Positions 47,700-60,934 of a stretch of 64,000 nt of DNA are shown here, one piece after another. The DNA comes from Lama glama (lineage: Eukaryota). The stretch spans positions 33,606,001-33,670,000 of the forward strand of contig CM052817.1 in assembly GCA_028534125.1 (NCBI GenBank), written 5' to 3'. Position numbers and translations under genes: made by a program. Under the pieces are notes generated by a model. The model was not told the origin of the DNA, did no database searches, and saw only the letters and a program-made list of their open reading frames with translations. Position 1 is the first letter of the stretch; every line of letters begins with the position of its first letter.

Positions 47700-48660
47700 T
47701 GGAGTTTTTCCAGATTGTTTTCTAGGACTGTTGCTCCTCTCAGTCCATACACATTTGCTGAGCTTCTCAACTCCTATGACCTAAAACTCCTTTTAAATGC
47801 CAATGACTCTAAATCTAAGCCTTCAACTGGACTTCACTAAGTTTCAGACACTGACAGCCACTTGCCCACTGGACATCTTAATCTCAGACTCATCACTTTC
47901 TCCTCAAACTTGCACTTCCTCTAGGATTCCTAGCCCCATGAATAGTTCTCACCATCTATCTAGGGGCTCAAGTCTGAAATTTGGAAGTTATGCTTGGCTC
48001 TTCCATCTCCCTAATCCTTCAAATAATTGAACACCAGATCCTGTCAACTCTACTGGCTAAAGATCTTTTTCTGTTCCTACTGTCATCCTCCAGTACAAGC
48101 CAAAATCCCCTGTCTCTGTTCTACTAACTAGACTCTTAACTGGTTTCCCTACTTCTACTCTGTCTCCTTTCTTCCCTCTCTCCACCTGAGCTATCTTTTA
48201 AAAATGCAAAATATGATCATGCCACTCTCTTGCATGCAATCTCTTAATGACTGCCCAATGCCCTTAGAAACAGGTCCAAATTCATACCACAGCCCATAAG
48301 GCTCCAATGAGCCAGCCCCTGCCGACCTCTCCAACCTCACCCTGGGGCTATTCCCCTTTTCTTTTACCCGGCTTACCACACTCTGCTTTGTCCTGAGGCT
48401 ACACCAAGGCTGTTTTCTGTACCATCGATATTCTTACTAGCATTTCTGCTGCCTAACCCCAAGGGCCCAGCATAGGCATCATTCCCTAACGCCCCCAAAT
48501 TGTCGGCAAACCTCTTCCTACCCTGAATCTCACTGCACCTCACTTTGTCTAAGAATCATCACAGTTGTGAAGACCTGTTCAAGGTCTGTCTACTCTCCTG
48601 GACTTTAAGCTCTGTGAGGGTGGAGACTGTGTCTGTTTTGTAACCTTTGCCTCTAAAACT
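47700..48660. mobile_element. L2 LINE fragments
   Basis: TCTTTTAAAAATGCAAAATATGATCATGCCACTC..CTTAATGACTGCCCAATGCCCTTAGAAACAGGTCCAAATTC..CTTTAAGCTCTGTGAGGG..TGTCTGTTTTG. Confidence 0.65.
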
Positions 48661-49549
48661 TTCTTTTTCATTGGAAAGAAAATGAAATTTTAAAAAAAAC
48701 GTAAAAATTTCATGTTTATATAAACATAAAGAATGAGAAATAAGCTTAAAAGGAAGGTAAATGTTGTGCATAAAATGAATTTCCTAAATATATACCTAGC
48801 TTGTAAAATAAAGAGGTGTATACAGATGCCCTTTAAAAAAATATTTAAAACCCATTATTTAAATAAGTCTCTTATAAGGCAATAAACTGGGGAAAGCAAA
48901 GAAGTAAAAATTCTCAAACCTCTCAAACATTTCTGGTTTTTGTGCCTATTTGTTACAGCGGAGGGAACTGCTGACAAGAAAGTTAGATAGGTGATGTAAA
49001 TAGGGAGGCAATTGCTAACTACAATGTTACAAGTTAAAATTTGAATTATAAACGTTGACTAATTGTCATTACATGTGGTTTCTTTTGATAAGATCCTTTT
49101 AAATGTAGTCTAAATTTTAGTTTAATGCACTTAAAAATAAAATTTATGCCATTTATCAAAAGAAAATGTGGGCTGATTGTTAGTTCAGCCTTTGTGTTTG
49201 GGGCAAATGAGTAAGAATCTTCCAGCGCCTAAGCTTTTCTTAGGTGGTAAACTCAGGTTCTTGGAAATCTTTATTAACTCTTTTTAGCCACCTGAACATT
49301 GTTCAAAAAGCTACCGTTTGAAAACTGTGCTGATGAAGAAGATGGAAGAGACCAGAACACAAATGATGCCATTCTCCTGATTCATTCTGTAAGTATTATT
49401 CCCTATGTCAGTAGGTTATTGGAGCTTTAGAATTTATATATCAAATACAGATGATCAGGTTTGTTTTTATTTTTTAATTAGCACATTATAACCACTTTTA
49501 GAATAAAAAATATACTAAACATAATATTAGGTATTTTGTCATCTTAATA

Positions 49550-49745
49550 GTAATAATTGAGACTATTCATAGCACTATTCTAAGTGCCTCGCATACATGA
49601 CGTTGTTTAAGTTTCACAACAATACAGTGGAGGCATTTGAGTCTCAGAGAGGTTAAGTAACTTGATCACAGTCACACAGCTAGGGATAGCTAGAATTACA
49701 AACCATATTTTCTAACTCCAAAGCCTGTAGATTTAGCCACAGTGA
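49550..49745 (-). mobile_element. MIR SINE
   Basis: GCACTATTCTAAGTGC..CACAACAA..TGAGTCTCAGAGAGGTTAAGTAACTTG..GTCACACAGCTAG. Confidence 0.75.
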
Positions 49746-51187
49746 TGTACTGACACTCATCAGATCATGAATTTGAATGTCACTATTCTGGAAAGGCATG
49801 GCAACGATGATTCCAATTTCTGATTATGCGATAATAAAAAGTTTAATTTGATACTATATATAATGTTTATAATTTCCCACAGCGAATTTTTTTTTCTCAT
49901 AAAGAGTTTTAGCAATCAAAAACATTTCCTTCTTCCAGGAAATGAGAGGACTTCTCTAATCAGGAAACTTGATGGCTATCAGTTTGATTTCCAAACACGT
50001 CTGTTTTAAAATCATTTAAATTCCATCTATGTAGATAAGCCCTCTCATCTATTTTCCTGTCTGTTATCTCCCTATCAGATATTCCTTTCAGATATCCTGG
50101 AAGTCAGGGTATCAGTCTGATGGGAAGAGCTTCACAGAGCACAGCTGGGATCCGCCCTGGGGAAGGTGAACTAGATGCGCACTTAAATATGGAAAATTTT
50201 CCCGCAAAATAGGTACAATTTAAGCATGGAATTGGGAAGCATAGAATTGCAGTTTAAGCATACAGTTGTTGGGTACCTATCAAGGGCCAGCTGCTGTGCT
50301 CCCGACTTCTATCTGGTTTTCCATCTTCCTATGGCCCTTCTCCCCTACCCAAGCCTCCTGTGCTAGCATCTGGGGTTCTACTGAAACATATGTAGATCTC
50401 ACTTTTTCCCAGCCTGTGTGCAAAGTCTCCCACTGGCAGTGAAAAGAGAGGCAGATGGGCTGGTTTCTAAGCCCAGCTCTCAGTAGCAGGGCCATTAAAT
50501 GAGTTTCCATCATCCCACCTCTATGCCTTGCCCCAGTTCTGTGATCACCCTGGATTACACCTCAGGACAGAAGTAGACTGGGTGAATGAGGGGAAGGGTA
50601 TTCATAGGCTGCAGAGGTCCAGAAAAATTCCTACACAGCACATAGGAGAAATAATAAAAGTCGTGAGTGCTTGGGAAATTTGCGACCTGCCCCACTCTAC
50701 CTTTGTAACCACCAGCCCAAGCAAGATAATACTAGTGCATCACACAGAGAAGGAAACTGAGACTCAGATTGTGACACCCACGGTCTCCTGAGGACTGCAG
50801 GCTAGGATCTAAGACCTATAGCACCTGACTTGAATCCCACACTCCACTGCAGATCTGTGAAGGAGCATGAAGGCTGGCATCCAGGAACTCCTTGCTTATT
50901 AGAGACCCAGGATTAGGCAGCTCCAAGCCCAGACCTGAGGGCTGAGACCAGCAGGGCACATTGCCCTCTGTCTTTCTGGACAATATAGTCTCACTTCTTC
51001 TGGGACTCAGTCCAACAACTATTCCTCCTCTTGGTTGTACTTTTAAATCTCTTCTCTTCACTTATTCACAGATTTTCTTTATCTTGAAATCAGAATCAAA
51101 AGTCTTTCCTTGGCCTTGATACTCCTTTAAGCACACACCTTATCTCTCTGTTCTTTTTTGCCCAACGTCTAAACAGTGGTCCACACG

Positions 51188-51377
51188 AGGGTAGGGGAAG
51201 TGGGAGTTATTGTTTAATGGGTATAGAGTTCACTTTTACAAGATGAAAAGAGTTATGAAGGTGAGTGGTGGTGACAGCTGGCATTATAAATGTATTTAAT
51301 ATTACTGAACTGTATACTTAACAATGGTTAAGATGATACATTTTATGTTATGTGTATTTTACCACAATAAAAAAAAG
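51188..51377 (+). mobile_element. L1 3' end (L1MB-like)
   Basis: GGGAGTTATTGTTTAATGGGTATAGAGTT..ACTGAACTGTATACTTAA..TATTTTACCACAATAAAAAAAA. Confidence 0.85.
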
Positions 51378-52645
51378 AGTAGGAAAAAGTAGTCTCCACC
51401 ACATGCCCCTACTAGGATGAGCAGTGGGGGTTTCCTGGGAGACAGGACTTTGGGTGTCCAGGCAACCAGGACAGTTACTGACAACAGCACCCCCTTGTTC
51501 ATTCTTCACTCTGGGCTTTATTCAGATTTAACCTTAGAAATCTGCCTTTCTCCTTCTCCATCCACTGAAATGGACAGTAGCAGCTAAACCTAGTGATCTT
51601 CTTCTTTTTTTTTTTCCAGTTCTACAGCATTTGATTGATGAATTTCTCCTTGAAATTTCTTCTTTTTTCTTTCTTTACCCTCAATAGCCTATGATTTTCT
51701 TTCTCCTAATAACTTCTCTCTGTCTCCTTCATTGACTCTTTCTTCTGTTATCAAATTCATGCCTCAGACCACGTGGGATCAGGCAGGTCTGGGTTCAAGT
51801 TCTAACCCTTTATCTTTGAGCTCTGTGAATGCAAGTTGTGCAATCCCCCTTAATCGTAGCGTTCTGGTCTATAATGCAGACCAGACCTGCCTACTACTTA
51901 CTTACACTGTAGGATTGGGAAAGGAATATTTAGAATGTTTAAGGTAGTTCTTGCTAGAAAGTGAACTCCCAGTAAAAGGAAATATTGTTACTATCTCATC
52001 ATCTTTTGAAGCTTCAACTTCCTTTTCTATGCAGCTAGCTCAACTGCAGCTTCAGTACTCTTTCTAGTGCCATGACCATGTTCTTATTGCCGTCTTCACC
52101 AGGCTGTCGTCCAGCTCTGTCAACTCCAAACGTTTAAGACTGAAGCCATCATCTTCCCCTCAGACCAACTCTAAGATTCAGTGTCTCTTCCTGCTTCCAC
52201 AGGTCCCAGGGATCCAAGTTCAAGCACTTCTGGATGTCCTTGGCTCACTCTTCCCTCTCCTCACCCACATCTAGCCAGTTTCGAATCTGATTAATTCCAT
52301 CTGAGGCACATTTCGTATTGCCAGTGTCGCTGTTGGGCCCTCTACCTCCCACTTTAGTACCTCATTAGCTTGTAGTTGGACTATTTTCAGTAGCCTCTTA
52401 ACTGACTTCTAAACCCATCGAGATACTTGGTGCCAATTTCTGCCTGAATAATTTTCCTAATGCAAAACTCTAAAAGACCTTCAGAGTCAAAGAAAATATA
52501 AACTCATTAGTATGACTTTCAGGGCTAAAGTTTCAAGCTTTTCCAAAATGGCTCCACAAACTGATTAGCCCACATTATTTGCTTATTTGACTATTCAGAC
52601 TCCAACAAATCGCTAGAGAAATACCGCACTGTTTCCTCAGCATTC

Positions 52646-52780
52646 TTTTTTGAAGGGGCAGGAGGTAATTGGGTTTACTTACTTGTTTATTTTTAATTTT
52701 TTCATAGGGGTACTGGGGATTGAACCCAGAACTTCATGCATGCTAAGCATGAGCTCTACCACTGAGCTATACCCTCCCCT
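52646..52780 (-). mobile_element. Vic-1-like tRNA SINE
   Basis: Reverse complement reads GGGGAGGGTATAGCTCAGTGGTAGAG..GCTTAGCATGCATGAAG..GGGTTCAATCCCCAGTACC. Degenerate 16-bp TSD TGTTTCCTCAGCATTC (52630-52645)/TGTTTCTTCAACATTC (52783-52798). Confidence 0.88.
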
Positions 52781-53395
52781 CTTGTTTCTTCAACATTCTT
52801 TAATCAGGATTTTGTCCCCACCCTCCAGAAACATTGCTCTTTACAAGGTCATTGCTGACCTCACACGAGGAAATCCTATAATCTCTCTTCCCGGCATCCA
52901 TGTTACCCCGCCTCTTGGCTATAGGGTTTTGTCCTTCCTTATGCCCTTCCTCTCCTTTGTCACAGGGAATGGTGGCAAGGGTGATTCCAAGGTTGTCAGA
53001 CTGAGGACCCAGAAGAACAGAGGTCTGAATGTGGGAAGAAAGGAGCTGGAAATATAGAATGGTGATTGGAAAGTGGGATACTTGACTGAGACTACGGGAG
53101 GGTGCATCACAAAGAGTATGGAATGACAGAATCTACAGATGACCATGGCAGTGCAGGACTAAAGAAGACAAAAAATCATTACAGAGGAAGAGATTAAGAA
53201 AATGAGAGTCCAAGATATTGGGAGAATATTGTAGGTATTGAAATCAGCAAGTATTATGATAGGACCGCATAAAACACTTAATACCTGTATAGTCATTTAA
53301 ATGGAGGGGAAGGCATTATAAAGAGGTGCCCTGAGAGGAATGTGTAGACTAGGGCATTACTCTTAGAATGCATTTTCATGCTGTATAGTCTAAAT

Positions 53396-53617
53396 CAGAG
53401 GTCAGCAGACATTTGCTGTAAAGGATTGGGTAGTAAATATTTGAACCTTTTGGTTCACACAGTCTCTATGGCAACTGCTCAGCTCTGCCTCTGCAGCAAG
53501 AAACAGCTATAGACATACATAAGTGAACAAGCCTGGCTGTGTTCCAATAAAACTTTATTTATAAAAACAGGTGGCAGGCTGCATTTGGTCCACAAGCCGT
53601 ATTTTCCCTGGTCCCTG
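53396..53617. mobile_element. MER58-like hAT-Charlie MITE
   Basis: CAGAGGTCAGCAGAC..GGCTGTGTTCCAATAAAACTTTATTTATAAAAACAGG..CCCTG, with an 8-bp TSD GTCTAAAT/GTCTAGAT. Confidence 0.8.
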
Positions 53618-53625
53618 GTCTAGAT

Positions 53626-53920
53626 CAGTGCTGCCCAATAGTTCAAGCCACAAATGCAGGTCACAGATAATTTTAAATTTTCTGTAGCTATGCTAAAATT
53701 GTAAGAATCATGCAAGGTTAATTTTCATAATATATTTTATTTAACACAATATATCCAAAATATCCTTATTTCTGTGTAGTGAACATTAAAAAGTGTTGAG
53801 TTATTTTACATTCTTTTTTTTTTCAGACTGAGTTTTCTAAATCTCGTGTATTTGTAGCACATCTCAATTTACAGAAGCCACATTTCAAGTCACATAGGGC
53901 TAGTATATTGGAAAATGCAG
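53626..53920. mobile_element. MER33-like hAT-Charlie MITE
   Basis: CAGTGCTGCCCAATAG..TAATATATTTTATTTAACACAATATATCCAAAATAT..GCACATCTCAATTT..GCCACATTTCAAGT. Confidence 0.75.
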
Positions 53921-54091
53921 ATCTGCTCTTTTTTTTTTTTTTCTAGCTTACTAGAGATCTCAAGCTAAATGAAAGCTAGGGAGAACTTTGCTGAATTTAT
54001 ATTGAACCATTGACTTTCAGTCTCTAAAGCCTGTTCTTTTTCAGTAGTAAGATATTATTTATTTTTGGCAATGTTGATTTGGTTTTAGTGG

Positions 54092-54460
54092 AGTATCAGT
54101 TAAGGTAGGCTGTATCATGCTATGGTAACAAGCAGCCCCAATGGCTTAAAATAAGCAAGCACGGTGTATTCTAACACAGCTTAACATAACCAAGCATGTA
54201 AGCAAAATGTCCAATGTAAGTCAATCATCCAAAGAGGTTCATAGAGGCTCCATTTTGACACATGATTCAAGTTGTCAGGGGCCGGAAAGGAACTTTTAAA
54301 TTTGTTTATTTGGAAGTACAACGTATTTCCTTTGCTCACATTTCATTGGCCAAAGCAAGTCACATGGCAACTTCTAACTTGAAAGGTGGCAGGAAAGTGA
54401 AGTCTTACCTTGTGCTTAAAGATTGGAACTTGTGTGATTAGTCCTAATGTCTATTACAAG
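54092..54460 (-). mobile_element. MaLR LTR (MLT1-like)
   Basis: TATGGTAACAA..AATGGCTTAAA..GCTCACATTTCATTGGCCAAAGCAAGTCACATGGC. Confidence 0.6.
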
Positions 54461-54804
54461 TTGGTGGCCTGCAGACTTCCCCAAATACCAAGAGTTGAGA
54501 AATAACCATCATGTAATGGGTGACTACTCTATGCCAAGGAGTGTTCCTTCAGTATTTACGACTTTGGAAGTTTAGCAGAAGGTTATTTCACTAAAAAACC
54601 CATTATCAGTTTGATGAAAATGTGGAAAGTTTGTGCCATATTGCCAGAGTATTCAGTCTTGTTCCACTTAGGATGAAGCATTCTGAGATAGATTTCCTTT
54701 AAAGCTGTAGCATCAGGAACAAGTAAGATGGCAATGGAATCCAAAACAGAAGGCAATTTAACTCTCTTTTCCACATCTGGTGTGTAAAACTCACACACTG
54801 GACA

Positions 54805-56420
54805 AGTAGGGTCAGGAACTTTTCAATAAATAATGCTGGGATAATTCATTATTCAAATGGGTGGAGGACGGGAAGTAGATTCCGATATCACCCTGTATTC
54901 AAATGTCAGTTCTGTGTAGATTAAAGACAAAAGCAAAACTCTAAAAGTTTTAGGGGAAAATATAAGAAAATATCTTAGTGAGTCCAAGGTTGGGAAGAAT
55001 GTATTAAGACACAAAATAATAACAACAAAAAAGAAGACACAAAATGCACAAAGCATTTATCCATTAATTACTTTATTCATTCATTTTACAAATATTTACT
55101 GCGAATCTACTAGATGCCAGGCACTGATGTAAGCACTGGGAACAAGAAGAAGATAAGATAATTCTTCGTACCAGAGAACTTAGGGTCTAGTGGAACCATA
55201 AGGCAAGGAATAATACATTTAATTACAGGAAGATGGAAAAGCTTCTAAAGAACAAAAGATGTCACCAACAAAATGACAATGTAGGTCATAGGCTGGAAGA
55301 AGATACTTACAAGTTACAAAAAGGACTAGAATCTGGAATGTATAGTACCCTTTTCTAATCAAAAAGAAAAAGACAGACAATCCAATAGAAAAAAGAGCAA
55401 ATGATACAGGAAAAGAAAGCTAAATGTCAATAAACATGAAGAGATTTTCAGCATCATTCATAACAAGGGAAATACAAATTATACAATCACAAGATACAAT
55501 TTAATGCCGAGAAGATTAGCAAAAATCACGTCTGACAAAACCACGTGTTAGCTGGGTTGTGGACCAGTGGGGCTGCTTATGAAAGGCTGAGGAGAATGCA
55601 AATAAATATGACTATTTTGGAGAGCAACCTGGCGATTTATATTAAGGCTAAAAATATTCCTGCCCTCCCATCCTGTAATTCTACTTCCCGGTACGCACCC
55701 CAGAGAAATTCTTGTACGCTGGTTCAAGGGGAAAAACACTGATTATTGCAGTACTGTTTGTGAAGACACGAAAACAATAAACATCTTCACCAATAGGAAA
55801 CTGAATGAATAAATACACTGTGAGATGTTCGCGCTGTGGAATAATATTAAACAGTTAAAATGAATGACCTTGAGTTGCCTGTACCAAAATGGATAAATTT
55901 CAAAAGCAGTTTTGAGTATAAAAACCAAAACCAACAATAAAAACAAACACCATATACTATGTTTTGGAGTTCTCAAATTTGTAGAACAGTGCTGTATCTT
56001 GTTTATGAATATAAATACAGATTATAAAAGGATAAAAACATACAAGTGCTTGAAAATTTTAAATTTCGGGGGCAGGGGGAGACAGGAAATGGGAAAGAAG
56101 AGGGATCTGTAATTGATTATAGTTGTTTCAAAACAATCAGAATGTTGCAGAAAAAAATTGAAATTATAATACAAACATTTTAAAATTTGACTCATTTAAG
56201 AATAAGTGGTTGATCTTGAATCTGTTTTCCATGAACCCAAATGAGGGAGCAGGGATTGTCTGCAAACAGACACAGGGGAATATTTTGGGGTGATAGAAAA
56301 GTTCCAGGGTTTGGTTGTGGTGGTGGTTGTACAACTTTTTATATTTACTAAAAATTGTCAGACTGTTCACTTACATTGGATGACTTTCATGGTATGCATT
56401 TATATACCTCAAGAAAACTT
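54805..56420 (+). mobile_element. Old L1 (L1M/L1ME-like) ORF2-3'UTR fragments with an L2 insert
   Basis: TTTTCAATAAATAATGCTGGGATAATT, GACAATCCAATAGAAAAA, TTTTGGAGAGCAACCTGGC, CTTTCATGGTATGCATTTATATACCTCAA. Confidence 0.65.
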
Positions 56421-56889
56421 AAAATCTGCATATCTGAAAGAACCTTTCCAACACGATTTTAAGGCAGATTTTTGTAGGAGGGAACCCCAATATCTTGTTT
56501 CTCTGGCTGTGTTTTGTGTAAGTATATGCCTAAGAACATCCTCTTTGGGAATTCAGTTTATACTAGTGAATCATATGTGTATGTTCATGATATTAGCATT
56601 TAACGGTAATGGACATGTTTGGCTCTCCATGGATATTTTTGTAATAATTTCATAGAGTGAGAGTTTATGGAATACTGGGTTTCAGATCAAATTTTTATGA
56701 CATTTAGTGTAAAAGTTAAGGAGAGGGGTGATTAAGCTTCATGGAAACTAGGAGTAATTGATTATTAGCCTTTCAGCAAGTAAAAATCTACATATTAGTG
56801 AGGAAAATTTTAATTATAATTAAAACTTACTAAAACTTTTGAGATTTGTGAAACCAATAAAAATCCATTTGAAAATTTCAAAAACAAAG

Positions 56890-58000
56890 TGGTTGATGAT
56901 TTGTATACTTTCTATAAACAAGAACACCTTCCCATGTAACCACAATGCAATCATCAAAATGATGAAATTAATATTAACATTATGAAGTTTACTGTACAGG
57001 AATTGTGCTACAACAAGGGTGTTAAAAAATATTAACATTGCTGCTCTCTCATCTTCAGACCCCCTTCGAGTTGTGCCACTTACATCAAAAGGATTCAATT
57101 CAGAATCCAGCATTGCATTTCATTGTTGTGACTCTTTATTCCAAATTCTGCAGTCTTTTTTTGACTTTTATGACCCTGTTGCTTTTGAAGATTTCAGGTC
57201 AGTTCTTTTGTAGAATGTCCTTTAATTTGGATTTTTCTGGTATTTCCTTGTGATTAGACTGTACATCTTTAGCAGGAATATCACAAAAGTGAAGATGTAT
57301 TTTTCTTATTGTATGTTGGATGGTGACAATTTCAGTTTGTCCTGTTACTAATGGTGTTCATTTTGATCACATGATTACAGTGGTGTCTGCCAACTTCCTC
57401 CACTGTGAAGGTACTCTCTTCTTTATAATTAATAGCTATAGAAATATCCCATTTCTCTTCAAACTCTCAAGTTATTCATTTATTTATTTAAGTCTATATG
57501 GACTCATGATTCCTGTTTTATTAAATAGGTTATAATTTCTTACTATTATTATTTAATTTTACCTTCAAATCATGTTCGTATTGACCATTGGGAGTCCATT
57601 CAAGCTCACATATGGTCCTTTAACAGGTTCTCATCACTACTTAAGCAGTTTTTTAGTTTCTAGCACAAGATGTTCCAGGCTCATCTTGTACTTTCCTTCT
57701 TAGTCCTAGTTCTAGAAGTAGCCAATTCTTCAGGAAGCCTACATTGCTTTTAGTGGAGAATAGTGTGTAGAAATCAAGATCTGAGCACTAGGTATGCTCA
57801 TCTTTATTGAGGTGACACTGCTCCCAGTGAACAGAGCCAGGGAATATACATATGTACATGTGTATACACACATTTACATCTGTATTTATTTTTTGTTGAT
57901 CCATGCATATGGAAAACCGTATGTTCTCACTAAAACACAACTAATTCCAGGCCAACACTATAGAATTTATTCTTGTTCTCTCTTTCCATTGAAACCTGAC
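56890..58000 (-). mobile_element. Old L1 3' region (L1MC/ME-like)
   Basis: TTTTGTAGAATGTCCTTTAATTTGGATTT..CAAGATGTTCCAGGCTCATCTTGTACTTTCC..TTTTAGTGGAGAATAG..AATCAAGATCTG. Confidence 0.6.
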
Positions 58001-60934
58001 TCCTGTTACTCTTATTATATTTGTTCCTTTGGTCAGTTCCTAGGAATATAGCTCATCTCCCATCTCCTCTATCACCCTTTCCTTCATGTGGAAGACCTCT
58101 CTCCTGTTTGGGCTCTGACTTCCCATACCAGGGGCTGCCCTTCTGAGTAAGCACCCTCCTCACTGGTCCTGGGCCCTGACATTCCATGCCCTTCCCTTCA
58201 TGTGGGCATTCCATGTATCTATTGTGCACAGACTTTGCTTCTCCGTGCTGGGCACTGTGGCTCCCTCTCTCCCAATCATGTTCTGTTCACTTAAAAGGAG
58301 AGAGCAGGGGAGGAGAAGGGAGAGAGGAGATGGGGAGGAAGGGAAGAGGAAGGAAGAGGGGAGAAAAGCAGGGGAGGGATATAGAGGGGAATGGAGGGAA
58401 GAAAGGGAAAAGAAAGGAAAGAAGGATGAGCAACGTGTAATATTTTATCTCTTTTAAAAACACAAAGGCAAATGTGAAATGTTCAGACTTGACAAACTCT
58501 GGCTAATTAATGGGTATATGAATGTTTTCTACAGTATCCTCTGTGGTTTGCTTTTCAAACTACACGTGGTAAAGTTTTTTTCTTTTAAAATTTCCAACCC
58601 ATTATAGCCTAATATCTTAGTAAATATAATAAAAATTACTATCTAGAAAAGTGAAGCAAAAACACAAAGACAAAAAAAATAGGCCCCCTAATTTTTATCG
58701 TTAGATTCAACAGACATAAGGTGACTGAAATGGCTACGAAAGTTTCTAAATGTTTTCTCTCAGTTTCCACATGCTTCTCGTTGTTGACCAGAGCACAGTT
58801 GTGTAAACAAGCAGCCCGTCCTGCCTACAGTTTGAGTAGTGCCGTAGCCCAGACTCTTCTCCTGCTTGACATGCAATATATGTAAAAAAAAAAAAAAAAG
58901 ATTAAAAAAGTCATAAACCAAGGGCCTGGCTTCTACTTTGAAAAGACGCAGGTGTACTCTTGAATGGTGGATGTCTAGGTGAGGACTCCAGGTTGCCTTT
59001 TGCAGGCATCTATTCCACTATCAGAATACCTTGCCAAAAAATAATGGTGTTTAAGGACTGGTGAGGCTGCTCTGATCTTGACTTCCCAGAATCTAGGGAG
59101 GAAAGGAGGAAGGAGAGAGAAGATGAGAATGGCATGGCGGCGGGGTGGCAGACCAGAGCCATTAGAAAGCCTCCTACAAAACCGGAGAAGGTCTGTGTGG
59201 GGACGAAGAGGGCACACACTTGGGTTCCATTGGAAAAGCTGCCTGTGTGTCTCTGGAGCTTCCGTAAATGAGACCGGCTCCTTCCCAGTCCTGGTCGCAG
59301 TTCCTGAGTCTGAGTCACTGATGAGGGCTGGCGGCTGCTCTGAAAACCCCACCTTTGGCTCATTGGGATGCAGACCCCGCCAGCTCCCTGGGAGTCTTGT
59401 CTTCTGTCATCTGTGCAGAGATTCGACAGTCCCTGTTGTTCCTGGGACCCTTGTAAACAAAACCCTGGTGGAAGAGGAAAGATAAGGAACAGATGTGATC
59501 ATCACAATCTGAAAAACAAAACGAAGCAAAACAGTTTTCTCCACTGGCCAGTACGAATAGGGCTCAGGCCAGCTTGCTACAGAGTTTGACTTCCTGGCAC
59601 GGGCGCTCTGAGTGCACACTGAGCGTCCTCAGCACAGAAAGAACCGGGCTCTCGTCTGTGTTTCCTTTGAAGGTGTATGTTTTCAGAGCAGCTGTTTTCA
59701 TTTGAAAGAGTGTCAGGCTTTCCCCAGGAGCCTCAAAGATTGTTTCTTTAAAGTGTGAGTTTTCCAGCAAAATATTTACCAGAATTTTTTTTAAGTACAT
59801 TTAACTTGGAATTTTCCATAATAGTTGCAAGTGTTTTTTTTTTTTAATGAACTTTTTAGTGCATCCATGTGGAAAAGATTATTTTTTATATTTCCTCTGC
59901 TAGAAGGCTTCAGATTGCATTTTCCTTCAGGCTAATGGTGTTGCTGGCTATTGGTGGCTGACAAGCCATCTTGAGTGGTGGCCTTGAGAATCTTCTAGAG
60001 GCCAGGGTGAGGCCCGGACACCACTCCCAGGTGGCCTGAGAGCAGGGTGTTCAGAAGCCAATTCCTAGCGTTTGGGTCTGGAATCATTTCTCAGAGCAGT
60101 ACAGCTTGTTATAGGGGACTGTTTTCCTTCCAATGTATGAACTGGGATTTTTGGCTGCATGTGCTCATTAAGAAAACCCATGTCACTTGTCACAAGTGTG
60201 AAAAGAATGTTTTAAATGTTGCTGGAAAACTTTCAGCTCTTTCATGTCCCTGCCTGGGTCCTCTCTGTGATTTTCCCTGTTCCTCCCCTCCCAAGGTGTC
60301 AAGTGGAGTTATTTCTGATGCAGAATGATTGCGAGGTTTCAACCAGGTAATGGATGAAGTCATCCATGTGGATGACTAACATTGTAAAGTTCTTCAGGAA
60401 TGGGTTGAGGGGGGTTCCTGGGCTGGGTTTCTGCTAGTGTGGCCAAGAAATGAGGTTTATAACAACCCCTCAAGGACTTAATACTCTCAAGGCCATGCCC
60501 CCAGTGGAATTTATTAAATACAGAGGCTTATTCTAAAGCAAAGACCTTGATGGGTATAAAGGTAGAGGAGGGTTAAAAAAAAAAATACCAGCCTTTATTT
60601 CCAAATATTTGTTCAGGACAGGATTTTTCCTAATGAACCCCAATTCATATGAAATATTTCTGATGCTGCTTGAGCCTATTTATTTTAATTTCTAATTACC
60701 CCAGAAAATGTCTAATGAGATCCTTCTGCATTTGTAGCTAACATGGCTATGAACACCACCAACTGAAGACTTTGAAACTGTTCTGCGTTTCTTAGGATAT
60801 TTTCATCTGTTTTTGTCTCTTCCTTCTATGTTTATTTTGTGAAAGAAGCTAGCACTAGTATTGAAACAATGGCATAATGGAAAACTAACCCTAGGCGATA
60901 AGTATTAACTTGCATTCAAAATAATATGATTCCT

